Of a DNA stretch of 64,000 bases, positions 39,296-53,566 are shown piece by piece. Source of the DNA: Geosiphon pyriformis uo1 (Eukaryota > Fungi > Glomeromycota); contig JAAOMT010000299.1 in assembly GCA_016748015.1 (NCBI GenBank), positions 1,106,764 through 1,170,763 of the forward strand, given 5' to 3'. How positions within the stretch are numbered: position 1 is the first letter of the stretch; every line of letters begins with the position of its first letter. The translations under genes were made by a program, and so were the position numbers. The notes below the pieces were generated by a model. It saw nothing but the letters and a program-made list of their open reading frames with translations, ran no database searches and was not told the DNA's origin.

Positions 39296-42200
39296 TACAT
39301 ATTTTTTAAAATTATATAATATCATATATTATGATAATTAAACAAACAAATTAAAAAAGAATTAATAAACAGTAATAATTTATTTTTTCAGTCAGAGCTG
39401 TCAAAATATTAGTTTTTTATTATTAGAATCATTTAAATAATTCTTAATTTTAGTTCAAATTACTTTAAAAAAAAATTTCTTATTAATAATCTAATATAAT
39501 TTTTTTCTACCAATAAAGTTTATGGCAATCCAAAATCGTTTACATTAATTCTAATTTGTATATCTCAATTATAGACTTGCTATTAGTAAAAATTTTATAT
39601 AAAATTTAAACACAAATTTTTAATTATTTTATTTGTGCAAATGTTTATAGTAATATAAGCTTGCTTAACAGATTAATTTAAAGTAATTTTTTAATTTATA
39701 AAGCCAAACTTTATGTTTAAGCATAAATTTAACTATACTAAGTTTACTTTTAGTTTGTATTTGTTTAAATATTTTCAAATTGTACACATAAAAATAATAA
39801 ACAGCTTTATTAAAAACTTTTTAATAAATTTGCTTTAAATTTAAACTTTTTTTTTAATAATACTTCTATTTTTTTAGTTTTGAGAAGTTTTGCGTATATA
39901 CTTTCAAAAAGAAATCAATAATTAGGTTAATGATTACATTAACAACTTATTTTAAAAATAGAATGACTAATATAAATAACATTAGTGATTAATATATATA
40001 ATAGAATATAATTAAATAATTGATATAATTAAAAGCTAAAAAATTCAACTGTAACAATATTAAAATTATGAATCTTTATTTAAGAAATTATTAGCATAAT
40101 TAAATAAAAACAACTGAATTTAATTAATATTAAGAAAATGAAAATTTAGCAATAAAGATCAATAAACATGTTTAATTAAAAACTTGAATTGAATGCAAAG
40201 GATTATTTACAACTAAGAAACATTAAATAAAATAAATATTAGACTTATTTAATTTAATAACAATCAGCTTTGTTATATTTAAAATTTCAATATAATTATA
40301 TTAGTACAATACAATATTTTATATTTAAATTAAGACTTAAAAATAATTTACTAAAGACTTGGCAAAATAAAAAATAGGTTTAAAAATTTAATAAAACAAA
40401 TATTAACAAGATAAAAGTCAAGTCTAAAAATTTAACACAACAAAATATTTATTTAAAATATATTTTAAAAAAAATATATAATATTTTTTTGTTTATTATT
40501 TGTATATATATATATATAAAAATTTAAAACTTTTTATTTTAAAAAGCTTGATAATTATAAAAATAGGTTTTATTTACAGTATTAACTTAATATTTAACTT
40601 TTTTATTGGTTAAATTGTTAAATTAATTTTTAATTTATTTTTTGTTTTATATTAATTATATAAACAAAATTTTTTTATCTGTAAAAAAATTTTAAAAAAT
40701 AATTAAATTACAACTTGATTAATTAGCACTTTAAAGTTAATTAATATTTAATTATAAATTTTTGGGAATTTGTATTTGTCAAAATTAGCTTGAAAATAAG
40801 AAACTTGTTTTTTTAATCCTAAAGAAATAATTCCTGAAAATGATTAAAACTGGTTATTGAATTTTAAAAATACTATTTAAAATATAAAATAATATAAGTG
40901 TATTATTTTTTTATTAACAATTTTAAAAAACTTAGCAGCCGTAATTTTGAGACTAATTGCACAAATTGGATTGCTTATACTTGAATTTACTTTTTCTTGA
41001 TAAATTTTAATTAATTTTATGTTGTTTTTAATGATTTTTTATTTTATTATCCCAATTTGTAACAATATTTTACCTAAATAAATACTTTTATTAATCATTA
41101 ATTTCTTTTTAATATTTTATATGTTGCTTTTTTCTAAACTTTACTTATTTATTAAGTTTTTATTTAATTATTTTATATAAATATTATTATTATAAAATTC
41201 TTTCTTATTTTTTTCATTAATAAACTTATTATTTTGTTAATTTTCATTTAATATTCTGTACTAATCAAAACTGAATAGCTTTGTCTAATTTATTTTTTGG
41301 TATCAAAATTTTACAGGACTAAAATAAATACTTAACTAATTTAAGATTAAAAGTTTTTTATATAATTTTTTTTATTTATTAAATGAAAAATATGCTGTTT
41401 CTTAATTATCTTAAAAAAGATAAGGTCATAAATTTTTTTGATATTCATTAAGTATTGTATATAAATTTTAAAATGATAATAAAAAATTTAAATGCATAAA
41501 AATAATAATATTTCACTTTCAAATATTATGAATAAAAATGTCAATTTTCAAAAATAATTCACTAATTAAAGATTAACCAAAATAATTAAATAAGTGCTAT
41601 AAAAACAAAACTCAAAAAGAACATGAAGTAAGAAATGAATATTTTGGCATATAGAGATATTATGGCGAGTAGAGTATTGTGATAAAATTGGCAAAATAAA
41701 TTTTGCATGCAAAAATTAAAGATATGAAAGTATGACTTTTTTTTTATTGAACATGTGGTATTTTTTATCATAATTCACAAATTACTTAATTTCCACAATA
41801 TTTTTATTTGCCAAAATACTTTTTTTTATCCAAATATTTTTAATTTATGTCCCATTTTTTCGTTGCTTTATTAAGTATAACCCTTTCACAATCAACTAAT
41901 ATAGTACATGTACATATCAAAGCAAATAGGAATCGCATACGTGACTGTATTTTTCAATTTGTAGTATTTTGAGTCAATTTAACAGTTATGTTTAAAATTA
42001 CAAAATCTCTAAAATATAAAACTTGTTTTTCAAATTAAATAAATAAATAATTTTTTTATTGATTCAAATTTAGTAATTGATTTTGATTTTTTAGATAACA
42101 AATTAAAACAAATAATATTAATAATGAAAATTAAAACTGTTATATATATATATGTATTTTTAAAAATGAGTATTCATAATACCTAGTTTTATTATTTCTT

Positions 42201-42689
42201 GAAGGAAAATTACTTTATATTTTTAAGTCAGAATTTTTTAAATAATCAAATATTGGAAAATTCTCTATTTCATCGTATGTGATAAGGATACAGTAAAATT
42301 CTCGTGTTTTTGTTTGCCCAGTAAAATATTTACGTTCATGATTTCCCTAATATCGATCTCTTCAAAACGGAAAATTATCATTGGGGATAGTTGAAACACT
42401 TTTTATTTGTTGTGATGAAATCAAATATTTGATATATGAGCTCGAAACTCCATATTAGGGAGGCATTTAGTATCTCAATATTAAGAGTTCATCGAAAATT
42501 TTTCACTTTGAATAAATAGAACATAAAATTTGAGTTATACTCTGAAAAATGTTTTAAACATCATATTTTATGAAAGCTTTCTTCAAAATAATTTTCTATT
42601 TTTGAAAAGAATGTTATCAAAAATTATGAAAATTTTATAAAGAAAGTTTTTAAATCATTAATATTTATTACAATAATCGAGTTCTCCTT

Positions 42690-43768
42690 TCTTTTTGTTT
42701 ATTTCCCTAGTAATTTTTATTCCAATCTTCAAATTACTGCAACAATTCATCAATCACAAAGCTAACATTGGATGATGCCTATAATCCACCTATAAAAATA
42801 CGCATTCCATCTTTAAATTCTACCTCAAGTTTGAGTAAAGCACATCTATTAAACGAACAGGGTCTGGCAAACTCCAAAATTCGTCTCCTTCGAAAATACT
42901 GGTCACTGATTTAGCCTTAATTGATTTCTTAACAGAAATGCCTCGAGTAGCAAATACTCCTTATTGTTTTCCACAAAACAATATGTGGGGTGAGTAATAG
43001 GTTGTAAATGAAATTTCAATTTTCGAAAGAAGTTGTCCAAATTGCTGGAATTTTTCAATATTTTCCTACCAAAATCAAGTGAAGTATTCTTGGATGAAAA
43101 AAAAGAACATATTATTGGGCATTTTAGAGGAAGGTATTTTTAGACGTTATTTTAAAATTTAGATTCAAGGATTTTTATTTCTATTATTCTTAATATTTTT
43201 AATCGACTCATAGGCCCAGAGATGACAAGATCTCAATGGGAAAAACGTAAAAACATTTTAAGCAAAGAGGAATCTAAATATGGAGGAATAGTGGACCCTA
43301 AACTTTTTACAGCAGTTGCAGATCCTAAGCTTCAGTATGTGATATTAAAGGTTATGACATTAGCTAAAACAGTGTTTGGCTCTAAAATGAAATTAATTTT
43401 CACTGGACATGGAATTGGAGGAGGTAAAAAATTATAATATTCAAATTTCAAATATTTTGTTTATCCAGTTCCTGTAAAATATCTCTCGGCTAATAAAATA
43501 ATTTTGCTTAAATATTTCAAGCATATGCTTTAAACGCGGCCTTAACCATATTGACACTTGAAAAGGCTGGTTTATTAACTACTTCTCAATTTAACCGAAA
43601 ATTTGAGATGCAGGTTATTACGTTCGGTCAACCACGCCTAAGTAATAATAAATTGGCTGAAATGATTCATAAATAAAAGGACCAACTAAAAATTTACAGA
43701 GTGACCAATGGAAACGACTACGTCTCCCAATTTCCAAAAAAAACTAAAGATGATAAACAATATTGGCT
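42690..43768 (+). pseudogene. Class-3 lipase-like pseudogene with Gly in place of the catalytic Ser; 3' truncated
   Basis: Exon motifs ANTPYC, IIGHFRG, LIFTGHGIGG/AYA, VITFGQPRL and IYRVTNGNDYVSQFP. There is an in-frame TAA at 43674-43676 and an apparently damaged splice donor after FRG. The coding-like sequence ends abruptly at KQYW. The 5' boundary is uncertain. Confidence 0.8.
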
Positions 43769-44818
43769 TGTTTTGTTTTTTAGGCTCTAAATCAGCCAAA
43801 TATTAGATACATGTAAACATTTATTCCAAATAATTTTGTAAAAGGTTTGTGTTTTCTAAATGCACTTGAATGTTAAGTATTTTGATTATTTTATAATAAT
43901 TAAAGCAATTTTATTAATAACTGTTTTCAGGTTGGAATTAAATGTACTAATCTCAACAAAGTTGACAAATAGTCAATTTTTCAGTTATTAGATTTTTTAA
44001 AGAGATATAAAATTTAAAGATGATATTAGGTTTTTGTTAATTATTATTTTAAATAAAGAAAAAATCTTTTAGTAAATTGTATTTATTTTAAGCATTAAAA
44101 CTTTTAAGCTAATAATTAATATGTTTCTTGGAAAAATAAACTTTTTTATACATTGTTAAGTTTTATCATTTTCAATTTTAGTAATTTTGTTTTTGTAATA
44201 ATTTTGACAAAATTTTCATTCTTATAAAGTTTGAATATTGTATAATTTCAATATTGCAATTCATTATAATTGTGGGTTATTACAAAATTTTTTTGAATTT
44301 TATTAATAATTGTAATTTATTATTTATTATAACATAGTTTTTTAATTAATAATCATAAAAAGTATAAAGTATTTTGATTCAAAAAATAATTTTTATCTCA
44401 ATTAAAATATTTTGTTTATGATTTTAATAAATTGTTATATAGTAATCTAAAAATTAATGACTAATTATTTGAATATAATGTTTTTTAATTTATGTTTTAT
44501 AAATTAATTAAATATATAAAATTGTTCTATTTTTTTTAAAAGCAATTGTTTCGATTTTTATTAATAAGTCAAAAAAAATGTCAAGTTTTTACTATAAAAT
44601 AGTTTGCATTTTTTTATTTTTGTGAAAAATACTGTTTTAACGTCGGTTTTATTGGTAATTTAAGAATATTTTCTAAAATATTAAAGAAGCTACTTTAGCA
44701 CAATTGATTAATCTATTTACATATTTTTTCAATGAAATAAATTAATGTTTTTTACAACATGTCTTTTGACTATTATTATTCACTTACTCCCTACTCTTTA
44801 CATATTTACTTATATATA

Positions 44819-46979
44819 CAGTCAGACCTCCATAAAAGAACCCTCGATAAAAGAACAACCTCTTACAAAGAACATTTTTTTTTAGAACCAATTGATTAAT
44901 TAACAATTTTCTCTTTATATAAGAACAATCTATAAAGGAACAAGAACATTCATATAAGAACAAATATCACTTGCTAGATGTTAATTGGTAATTGGGAAAA
45001 GAGTTAGAACGTATTGAATTGATTTCATCCTAACTTTCTTTTAAATCGATTTACATTGGACTTACACTTTTTGATCTTGTCTGTTTTCACGTACAGCCAC
45101 TTAGCCCCTATTGTATTCCAATTCAGGCTTGCTAAAACCAAATCTAATATTATCATTATAGGCACATTTTCTAACAGACTTGCTAAATTATCACAATGTC
45201 GGAACCTTTATTCAAAAAACAAAAACGAGCAGCAGTTAATGATGCTCTTCGTAAAGAAATTTGTCATATTCCAAAAATCACTATGGCATGAAACATGATG
45301 ATATTGTAGCTTACTTCAAACATAAATATCCAGAACTTCATATTTCTCGTCCAACTGTCTCCAAGAAAATCAAAGAGCATGCAAAGTAGTTGAATATTGA
45401 AATTGATGAAATCTCAGAAAGATCTATTTGACACAAAAGCATTAAATTTCCATTATTAGACCAAGCTTTAAGTTATTGGGTAGAAGAAGTAACTGCAGCC
45501 ACTATCGAATTCAATTATCAACTAATTAAAGAGAAAGGAAAAGAATTTGCCAAACTTCTTGTTATGCACGAAAATGAAATGCAATTCTCAAATGGATGGA
45601 TTCAAAAATTCAAAAACAAAACCAGTTACGTTTTTACCGATTTCATGGTGAAGCAGGAAGTGTATCAACTGAAAGTTTACCAGAAGAACGAAGAAAATTA
45701 AAAACCATTATATCCGAATTTGATCCTGCTAACATATGTAATGCTGATGAAACAGGATTATTTTTTCGTATGGGACCAAATCAAACACTTGCAAAACATC
45801 GAAATGCAGGAAAAAAATTGGCATATTATATTTACCAATTGTTATCGATATATAATTGTTATATTAAATTAATTGGGTTTTTTATAGGATAAATCTTGGA
45901 TTCCAATTCTTCTTGCTACAAATTCAACTGGATCTCACAAATTGCAACCTTTAGTAATTGGACATGCAAAAAATCCAAGATGCTTTAAAGGAATTAATAC
46001 TTCCAACCTATCTGTAATTTACAAATTCAATTCCAAAGTATGAATACACTCAGATATATGGAAAACATGGCTCAAATATATAAATGAAGCCTTTTAAATT
46101 CAAAATCGGCATATATTACTTTTGGTTAATAATGTAACTTCTCATCATACTCAAATCGGAAAAGATTCATTTCAATTAACTAATATAACTTTGCACTATT
46201 TTTCTTCATTACTACATTACATATTCAACCAATAGATGCTGACATTATTAAATCTTTCAAAGGCAAATATAAGCACTTATATTGTCAACATATTTTACAT
46301 CAATTTGAACAAAAAATTAATATTAAACAGTTAAGTAATATAATATATATAGTATTATTATCATTATATTATATAATTTTATCTAATATTAATTTATTTT
46401 TTAGAAATAAATTAAACATAAAACAAGCAATTGATTATGTTGTTCAATCATGGTTTCAAGTAATATCTGTTACAATTCAAAACTGTTGGCAAAAAACGGA
46501 TATTCTTTTCTAAAATCAAGAATTAGAAATTCAAGAATCCGAAACATCAATTGCTATGGATATATTCAACAATTTACCATCAAATGCACAACAATTGGTC
46601 AAAAATCTCGAAGATTATACTGTAGCAGTTGATGAATTATTGGCAACTGAAAATATTCTTGATGATAATGAAATTGTAGATATGGTTTTAGCCGATGCTC
46701 AAATTGAAACCAATACAATTAATAACTCGGAAGAAGAATTAGAAGAATCTCCACCTGCTATAATTACAATTACAGAAGCATATGAAGCATTAAAAAAGGT
46801 AATTAAATTTGAAGAGCAATTAGCAGAAGAAAATTTTAGTATAGAAAACCAAGAAAAAAATTATATGAATACGAAATATAGTTTATTTGATAATAATTAT
46901 AAAACTCTATGATAGAACATCTCTAAAATAGAACATAATTTGCATGTCCCAACTGTGTTTTTTTATAGAGGTTTGACTA
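44819..46979 (+). mobile_element. pogo/Tigger-like DNA transposon (CENP-B-type HTH plus DDE_1), inactivated, with two intron-like interruptions
   Basis: TA-flanked 23-bp TIRs (CAGTCAGACCTCCATAAAAGAAC / GTTTTTTTATAGAGGTTTGACTA). ATG 45196 starts MSEPLFKKQKR. Motifs FSNGW, FHGEAGS, NADETGLF and IQPIDADII, then an acidic C-terminus, with several stops. Confidence 0.92.
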
Positions 46980-49599
46980 TATATATATATTAGAGATTCT
47001 TTTATATATCAATCTTATTAGCTAAATTAAACACAAATTATATGAAAATATATATAAAAAACCTAAAGACATAAGTAGTTTTAAGTCATATAAAAAGCTA
47101 AAGTTTTTGTCTTATGTCAAATTTATATATTTAATAAAGCTTAAAAAGTAGAAAAAACGATTGAGAATTTTGTTTATTAGTATTTACAACAGACTTGTAA
47201 AAAAAATATAATTTATTTTATATGATTGTTTTATTTTTAAAGACAAAAAAAATGCATGTTTTATTATTGTTATAAAGTAGTAATTATTAATATAGAATAT
47301 AAAAAAATGGTTTTTTAATTTGTATAATACAAAAAGTTTATTATGTTTCAATTAAACAACAAAAACAAAATATTTATTGAAATTACTCATTTGATTAGTA
47401 ATTTTTTTTAAGAGTATATTAGTAAGATCGTCTAAAAACTATAAAAATTCATTTATAATTAGATTGTTTGATTTAAACAAAGATTAATATAATTATATTA
47501 ACTTCTTTTTTTACACTATTTTTTTTTGTTTTGTATAATTGTTAGTATTTGTAAAGTATATTAAATAAAAATTTACTAAAAAATACAATTAATATTTGTT
47601 ATTAAATTCTAAAAATGTTAACATAGAGTATAAAATTATAACAATATACTATTTTTAGTAAACTATTTTTCTACTTTTAAATTATCTTGCTATCTTTTAA
47701 AAAAAATAGCAATAAAGATATTTATAAAGCCCATTTTGGATATTGAATCTACTAATCAATTTGCTTATTGAAGTTAAATTTACTTTTAATTAATTTTTGT
47801 TATATAATACTTTTCTTTTTTGCTATTTATTAATATATTATATATTATTATTAGTAATTTTTTGAATTTATATAATTTCTTATATTATAAAATAAAATAA
47901 AAACATAAATAATTTTTAAAGTAACAAAAAAACATATTTAGAATTAATAAAAAAATTTAGAAAAAGTATTTAAAAAATACTGCTTATTATAAATTATAGT
48001 AAAAAATAGATTTAATATAAACTAATATTTATTTTAAGCTATAAAAAACAAATTATATTGAATTTATATGCTATGTTAATATTATTTTAAATATATTAAT
48101 TGAATTATTAGCTTATATAGCATATTATTTTTCAAAAGTTAGTAATTTAATTTAAAACATTAATTATAAATTAATTAATTATATTTTTTAACTTAAATAT
48201 AATAATATTTTGAATATATAAATTTTTGATATTTTTTTTTAACTTTTATTTTAATATGCTTAAAAAAATTATAAACAAAAACAACAGATTTTGATTATTA
48301 TTACTTAATTATAAAATAATAGCTAATTTTTTTAAAAAAACATTAAAATTTAATAAAAATAAAACAAACTTTTATTTTTAGATTATACATTATTCTAGAC
48401 TGAAGTTAACTTATTTTTCAATAAATTTATCTTAATCTGAGGCAGCTTAATCTTAGTCTTAGAGTCTGCAAAAGAAATATTGTTCTGAGAATTTCTAGCC
48501 TGGAAGTGCCTAACTTCATCAACAAGTTCTAAATTATGAATGCATAATTTTTGGATCTTAATATTGGCACTTACTAGATTCTGTCACCATTTTTTTTTCT
48601 TTTGATTCCACTCCTCTATCTTCCAATTAAAATCTTTTTCTCACTCCCCATACTTATTTTGCAAATTACTATTATAGCCAAATATCTCTGAAGAATCTTA
48701 GAGGATATTATATAATACTTAAGATCTTTTATATTATCCATAATAAATAATAATAAATATTATGGGAAATAACAGTGACATACTTATTGATATATTTAAA
48801 AAATATAAGATAAGTAACAAAATTATTAATATTAAATATTATATATAATTACTTATAATTACCCAATTACAAAATAAAATAAAATACATAACAGCTAAAT
48901 ATTATTGTGCAAATACATCTTATTTATCTCCAGAAACATTTGAGAAAATCAAACAATCCCAAAAAAGAGTTAAAAATATGACTATAACAATGACCAATAG
49001 ATATTACACTTCAACTCATTAAATATATGAAATCTGAAACATATATGCCTAAAAATTGCTCTTACACAAATAACAAATAATGTCTATATCCAAAAATAAT
49101 GTTTTGAATCAACTATCAGAAAAAAAATTTAAAAATAAAATCTATTTGAATATCTGACTTGCTAAATATATTAATGAGACCAGCTCAATTAATCATTTAA
49201 TAAAAGAGACAAATAGATATAATAACTTGCATGCTAAACTCAAACAGTTTTGTAAAGAAAAAAGAAGCTAAATATGGAATGGAAAGAATCTTAAAGAAGA
49301 TACCACATTCAAGTTCTAGTTAATTTATTTTTGTTTTTTTAGATATATAGATCCATATTTATAGGTTTTTATTAAGCTCAATTAATTTAGTATTAGACTT
49401 GGGTATCTCATAACATTTTTTTCAGTTCCTTATAAGTCATGTGTTTTTTTGACTTTTTAAGCAATTTTTCAACAATATTTACATAAAACCAGTATTATTT
49501 AAATTTTTTAAGAGTTCTTTTACTGAAAGAGATATAAATAATAGTATATTAAGTTCTTAATAAATATTTACTGATTTATTATTAATTGTATTTAGTTTT

Positions 49600-51050
49600 A
49601 AGGCATTTTAATTAAATGCTCTTAATTGTTTGTGCAATCTTGAGACATTAGAGAAATCTTATCTAAATTGTTTTGTGTTTCTAATGATTAATGCAGCACT
49701 TTGGATATTTGGGAGAAAAAACTATATTTAATAGTTCTATTTATTTGATTTTTAATATTATAAAAAGCATTTCTAATCATAATAATCAATATATTTATAT
49801 GATTTCCATAGTGGTAAAATTTATTTACAAACAGAAAAATTATGTATTTATGTAGATGGAATAGATTATATAAATGATGTTACCAATTATCTCTTAATTT
49901 ATGATGAAAAAGCAAAACCTAAGACTTTTAAAAAGAAGTAAGATAAAGATAATATAAAAAATACCATCAATATGGTTTGTCTTTACAATAATATTATTAT
50001 TGGAAAAGCAAATGCTTGACATTAATTGTTTGCTAATTTGCAAATTTATAGATTTATAACAACATTAAAGTATTATTAATGATGCTTGACTTTTATGATA
50101 TAATTTGTGATATAATGCTTTAAATTAAGTGTAGGTATAATTTCTTAATATATTTAAATATTTTTTTTAGATGCATATAAATTATTCAAAATTGATTACT
50201 ATTCTTTACCAAAAGACTAATTAGATATGCTTAAATTTGTGTACATGTATAAGGTAGTTATAAAGTAGATAGTAAGTATATAATTTTATATATTTATTGC
50301 TAAATAATAATATTTGCATCAATCTAATTACAAAATATTTTGCTAACAGTTATATGTCTGCTTAACAAAAGCTGGTTTGATTGCAAATAGAAAAAAGAGG
50401 CATATTATACATTACTCTAAAGTGCAAATTACTAAAAAATTGGCACAAATTAGAGAGTCAGAAATTTGGCTTAATAATTAACTTAATAAACATTTTAGTA
50501 TTCTATTGTAAAATAAGTGTGTTTATTTTGAAAATTTTTCTTTAAACTCTATTATTTAGATATTAAATTTTTTAAAAAATAAAATATTTCCACATTAACA
50601 TCAATATTCAAGCACAAAGTGACAAATCTATTTTAGTCCTCCTTTTTTTTGTTTTCTTATTTCTATTAAGCCTATCAAAAGACCCTTTAATTTCAGTTAT
50701 TTCAAATCCTACTGTCATTACAAATAAGAGTAGTGGGAATGAAAATGGGTTTGGCAATAGAAATGTTGGAAGTGACATTGGAAACAATAATGATAGTAAG
50801 ATTAGAAATAATAATAATGATAAAGTTTGAAGCAAAAATAATAATACAATTGGGAATAACAATCATAATAAAATTGACAAAAAGCACTAAGAAACTATCA
50901 TTCACACTAAGTAGTGTTTAATCTAAAATATACCTATACAATCTTCTTCAATTACTTATTTCATGTCAAATCACCTTTTTTCTTAATTAAACTCTTTACT
51001 GTTTAAGAAATAAAATTATATTTGAGTCTGGAATTAGAAGATTTTTTTTA
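49600..51050. mobile_element. Heavily decayed DNA-transposon remnants, possibly Mutator/MULE-like
   Basis: The minus strand at 50608-50862 reads like a C>T-eroded Pro-rich, K/R-rich transposase C-terminus. The plus strand has CTC...HII (SWIM-like) fragments. Recognition is weak. Confidence 0.3.
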
Positions 51051-51559
51051 GTCAGTGATGAATATCATGTTAATTAAATAGATTAAAAAAAAATACATAA
51101 CATTATTTTATAAAATAGAATTAATTTTTAATATTTATTTAAAAAAAAATTTCAATAAAAATTTACAGGCATTTGTATTATTTTATTTATTTTGCCAAAA
51201 GGCTTTTAATTTTGACAATATAGAACATAGTATGATCAATTGTTGTCACTAGTGGTTATAACTGAGAGTTTTATAATTTATTAAATTTGAAAAACTTCTA
51301 ATTTTTCATTATCTTTTTAGATAACACTAAATTTTAAAAGAATAGCATCATCATCATAATTTTTGGTTATTCTGTTTAATCATCTCTAAACTATTTGCAT
51401 ATCTTTTAAAAACAAAAGAAAAAAAAGGTTTCAATGTTTTTTTTTTTCATTAAAATTTTATGTTTTCTTGTTTAAATAAATAACAATCTTCAAATTGTTA
51501 AAAGAAACAGAACTTAAAAGGGAATCTGATTAGAAAAAGAAAGATTAAGATTTGAATCT

Positions 51560-52600
51560 TATTTAGAAAAATGGTTATTATATTTCAACTAATAAAAAAA
51601 ATTTGTACACTATTATTTACTCACACAAAGTTATTTTCATAAATAGTATTAATTAGTTTAGATCTTCTGACATCTCTTTTTTTAACAATAGCCCATAAGT
51701 TTTTAGTTGAATTTAAGTTAAGTAAATTGGCAAGCTAATCAATAACATTGTGAATATTTCTAGCAATAAATGCCTAAACAATTTTACATTTGTGCTTTGA
51801 ATTATTATCTTACTGAAACCATCATTTACATTCTAGTATTTTTTTTAATTTTAGAGAAATAAATGTGAAAAATTTCAATGTAAAATTTACTATTTATTAT
51901 ACTAGTAAATAAAATAAATTAGGTTTTTTTCCTCTATAAAAATTACCAAACAAAATTTTTTTTTCAGTCTTTTGATAATTACAAACTTTTATACCAATGT
52001 TTTAATGTGTTCTTAAATAAACAAAATACTGTTTTATTTGTAAATACAGCTCAGTTTTTATTGTTATTTAAACATTAGTAAGTCTATTCTATACAGTTTT
52101 TTTTTATGCTTATTTGTAAGTATCAGTATTGCTAAAAAAAAGTTTTTTTAATATCTAAAAAATTTTAAATATCTTTTTGTTGTTTTGTAAAATATATTTA
52201 TATTAGTTTTTGACAAATTTGTTGTCAAAGTTTTTGTTTTCTGTTGTTTTCTGTTGTATTTTACTTGTATTTTATATGCTCTTATTTCAGAAATATAAGA
52301 CAATTTATTGCTGCATTTTTTGTTTAAATAGAAGCAACATTGCTCTTCTGGGCTGGCTTCTTTACCAGCAGTATACATATATGGTTAGGGTGGCTGGAAC
52401 CTTTAACATCATAAAGAATTTTTCCTAATAACATCACTCTTTTAGGCCAGCTTTCCTAATCAGCAATATACTTATATTGTAGTATTTGCTGTAAAATTAT
52501 CACTAGATATAGGTTATAAAAAAGACTAAATATAAAATGTACTAACTTGTGGTAAAACTTCCAACACTCTCATTTTTATTCAAAATCAGTTATTTTTGTT
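51560..52600 (-). mobile_element. Heavily decayed Tc1 transposase remnant
   Basis: Eroded motifs VFTNK (VFTDE), WFQ*DN (WFQQDN) and ID*LANLLNLNSTKNLWAIV (IDWPANSPDLNPIENLW) occur in the correct order. Confidence 0.65.
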
Positions 52601-52799
52601 AATAAGAAATTTATTGCACATTTTGCTAGGTTTTTAATAAGAAGTAGTGGTTGTAAAGCTGTTTCTTTTCTTTTCAGATAAATGACAATAGCAGAACATA
52701 TAGTGTCAAAAGAGCTTTCTAAAAAAAGTTTGACATATTAACAATAAATAATTTGTCAAAATAATACAAGTAAAAATGAAGCAACAAATATACATAATA

Positions 52800-53200
52800 T
52801 AGATATACTGTTCTTTTAAAACATTTTTTTCCACTCATTTCAAATATGAGAGCTTGACCCAATTCAGCAAACTTTATTATAGCCTTTTGCCACAACCCAT
52901 TCAATTAATACAATATTACTGAACTTAAACAAAGCTAAGACAATCACTTTCTTAAAAGCATTTATGGAAATTTTTTTGATGATTACCATTCAATCTAAAT
53001 GTACTTTTTGTTTTTTAAAATTACTGTTTACCAAAATTCTTTTATCTGCAGCCAATAATAATTTCTTAAAATTTTAAAAAAGTGATAACTCTTCTAAAAC
53101 TATACACAATTGAAAATAACTTTCTAATTATCTATGACATTTTTTCTTTTAATAGCTAAAAAATTAATATCCAAAGCAAAATATTTTTTTCAATTTTTTT
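52800..53200 (-). mobile_element. Decayed LINE ORF1 fragment
   Basis: GLWQKAIIKFAELGQA is homologous to GLWQKALIEFESSEIA in ORF1 at ~54440. Confidence 0.7.
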
Positions 53201-53566
53201 TAATTACTTCAAGAACAAACTGTTTTTATTATTAATATTAAATTTTTATGTTTTTATTTTATTTTTTATTTAATATAATATAATAAATTAAATATTTATT
53301 ACATATAATTAATTATTTAAACCAATTAAAACTATATTATATATTTATATATATTAATATATTACAATCTAAATCAAAAAAAACAAATATAATATATACT
53401 TTAAAAATATTAAATAAATATATTATACTATTAAAATATTTTTTTCTCTCATCGATCTTCTAACCACAATGAGAGCAAAAGATAATTTTAAAGAAATTGC
53501 TTTTTCTTTTCCCTCTTTCCTCAATTCCTGTTAACTATTTCTTTTAACTTATCCTTATTTGTTGTG

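Noticed and set aside
50608-50921. Leu/Ile-rich ORFs resembling membrane or secreted proteins
   Set aside because: The composition fits C>T erosion of Pro/Thr/Ser-rich TE sequence inside a repeat field.
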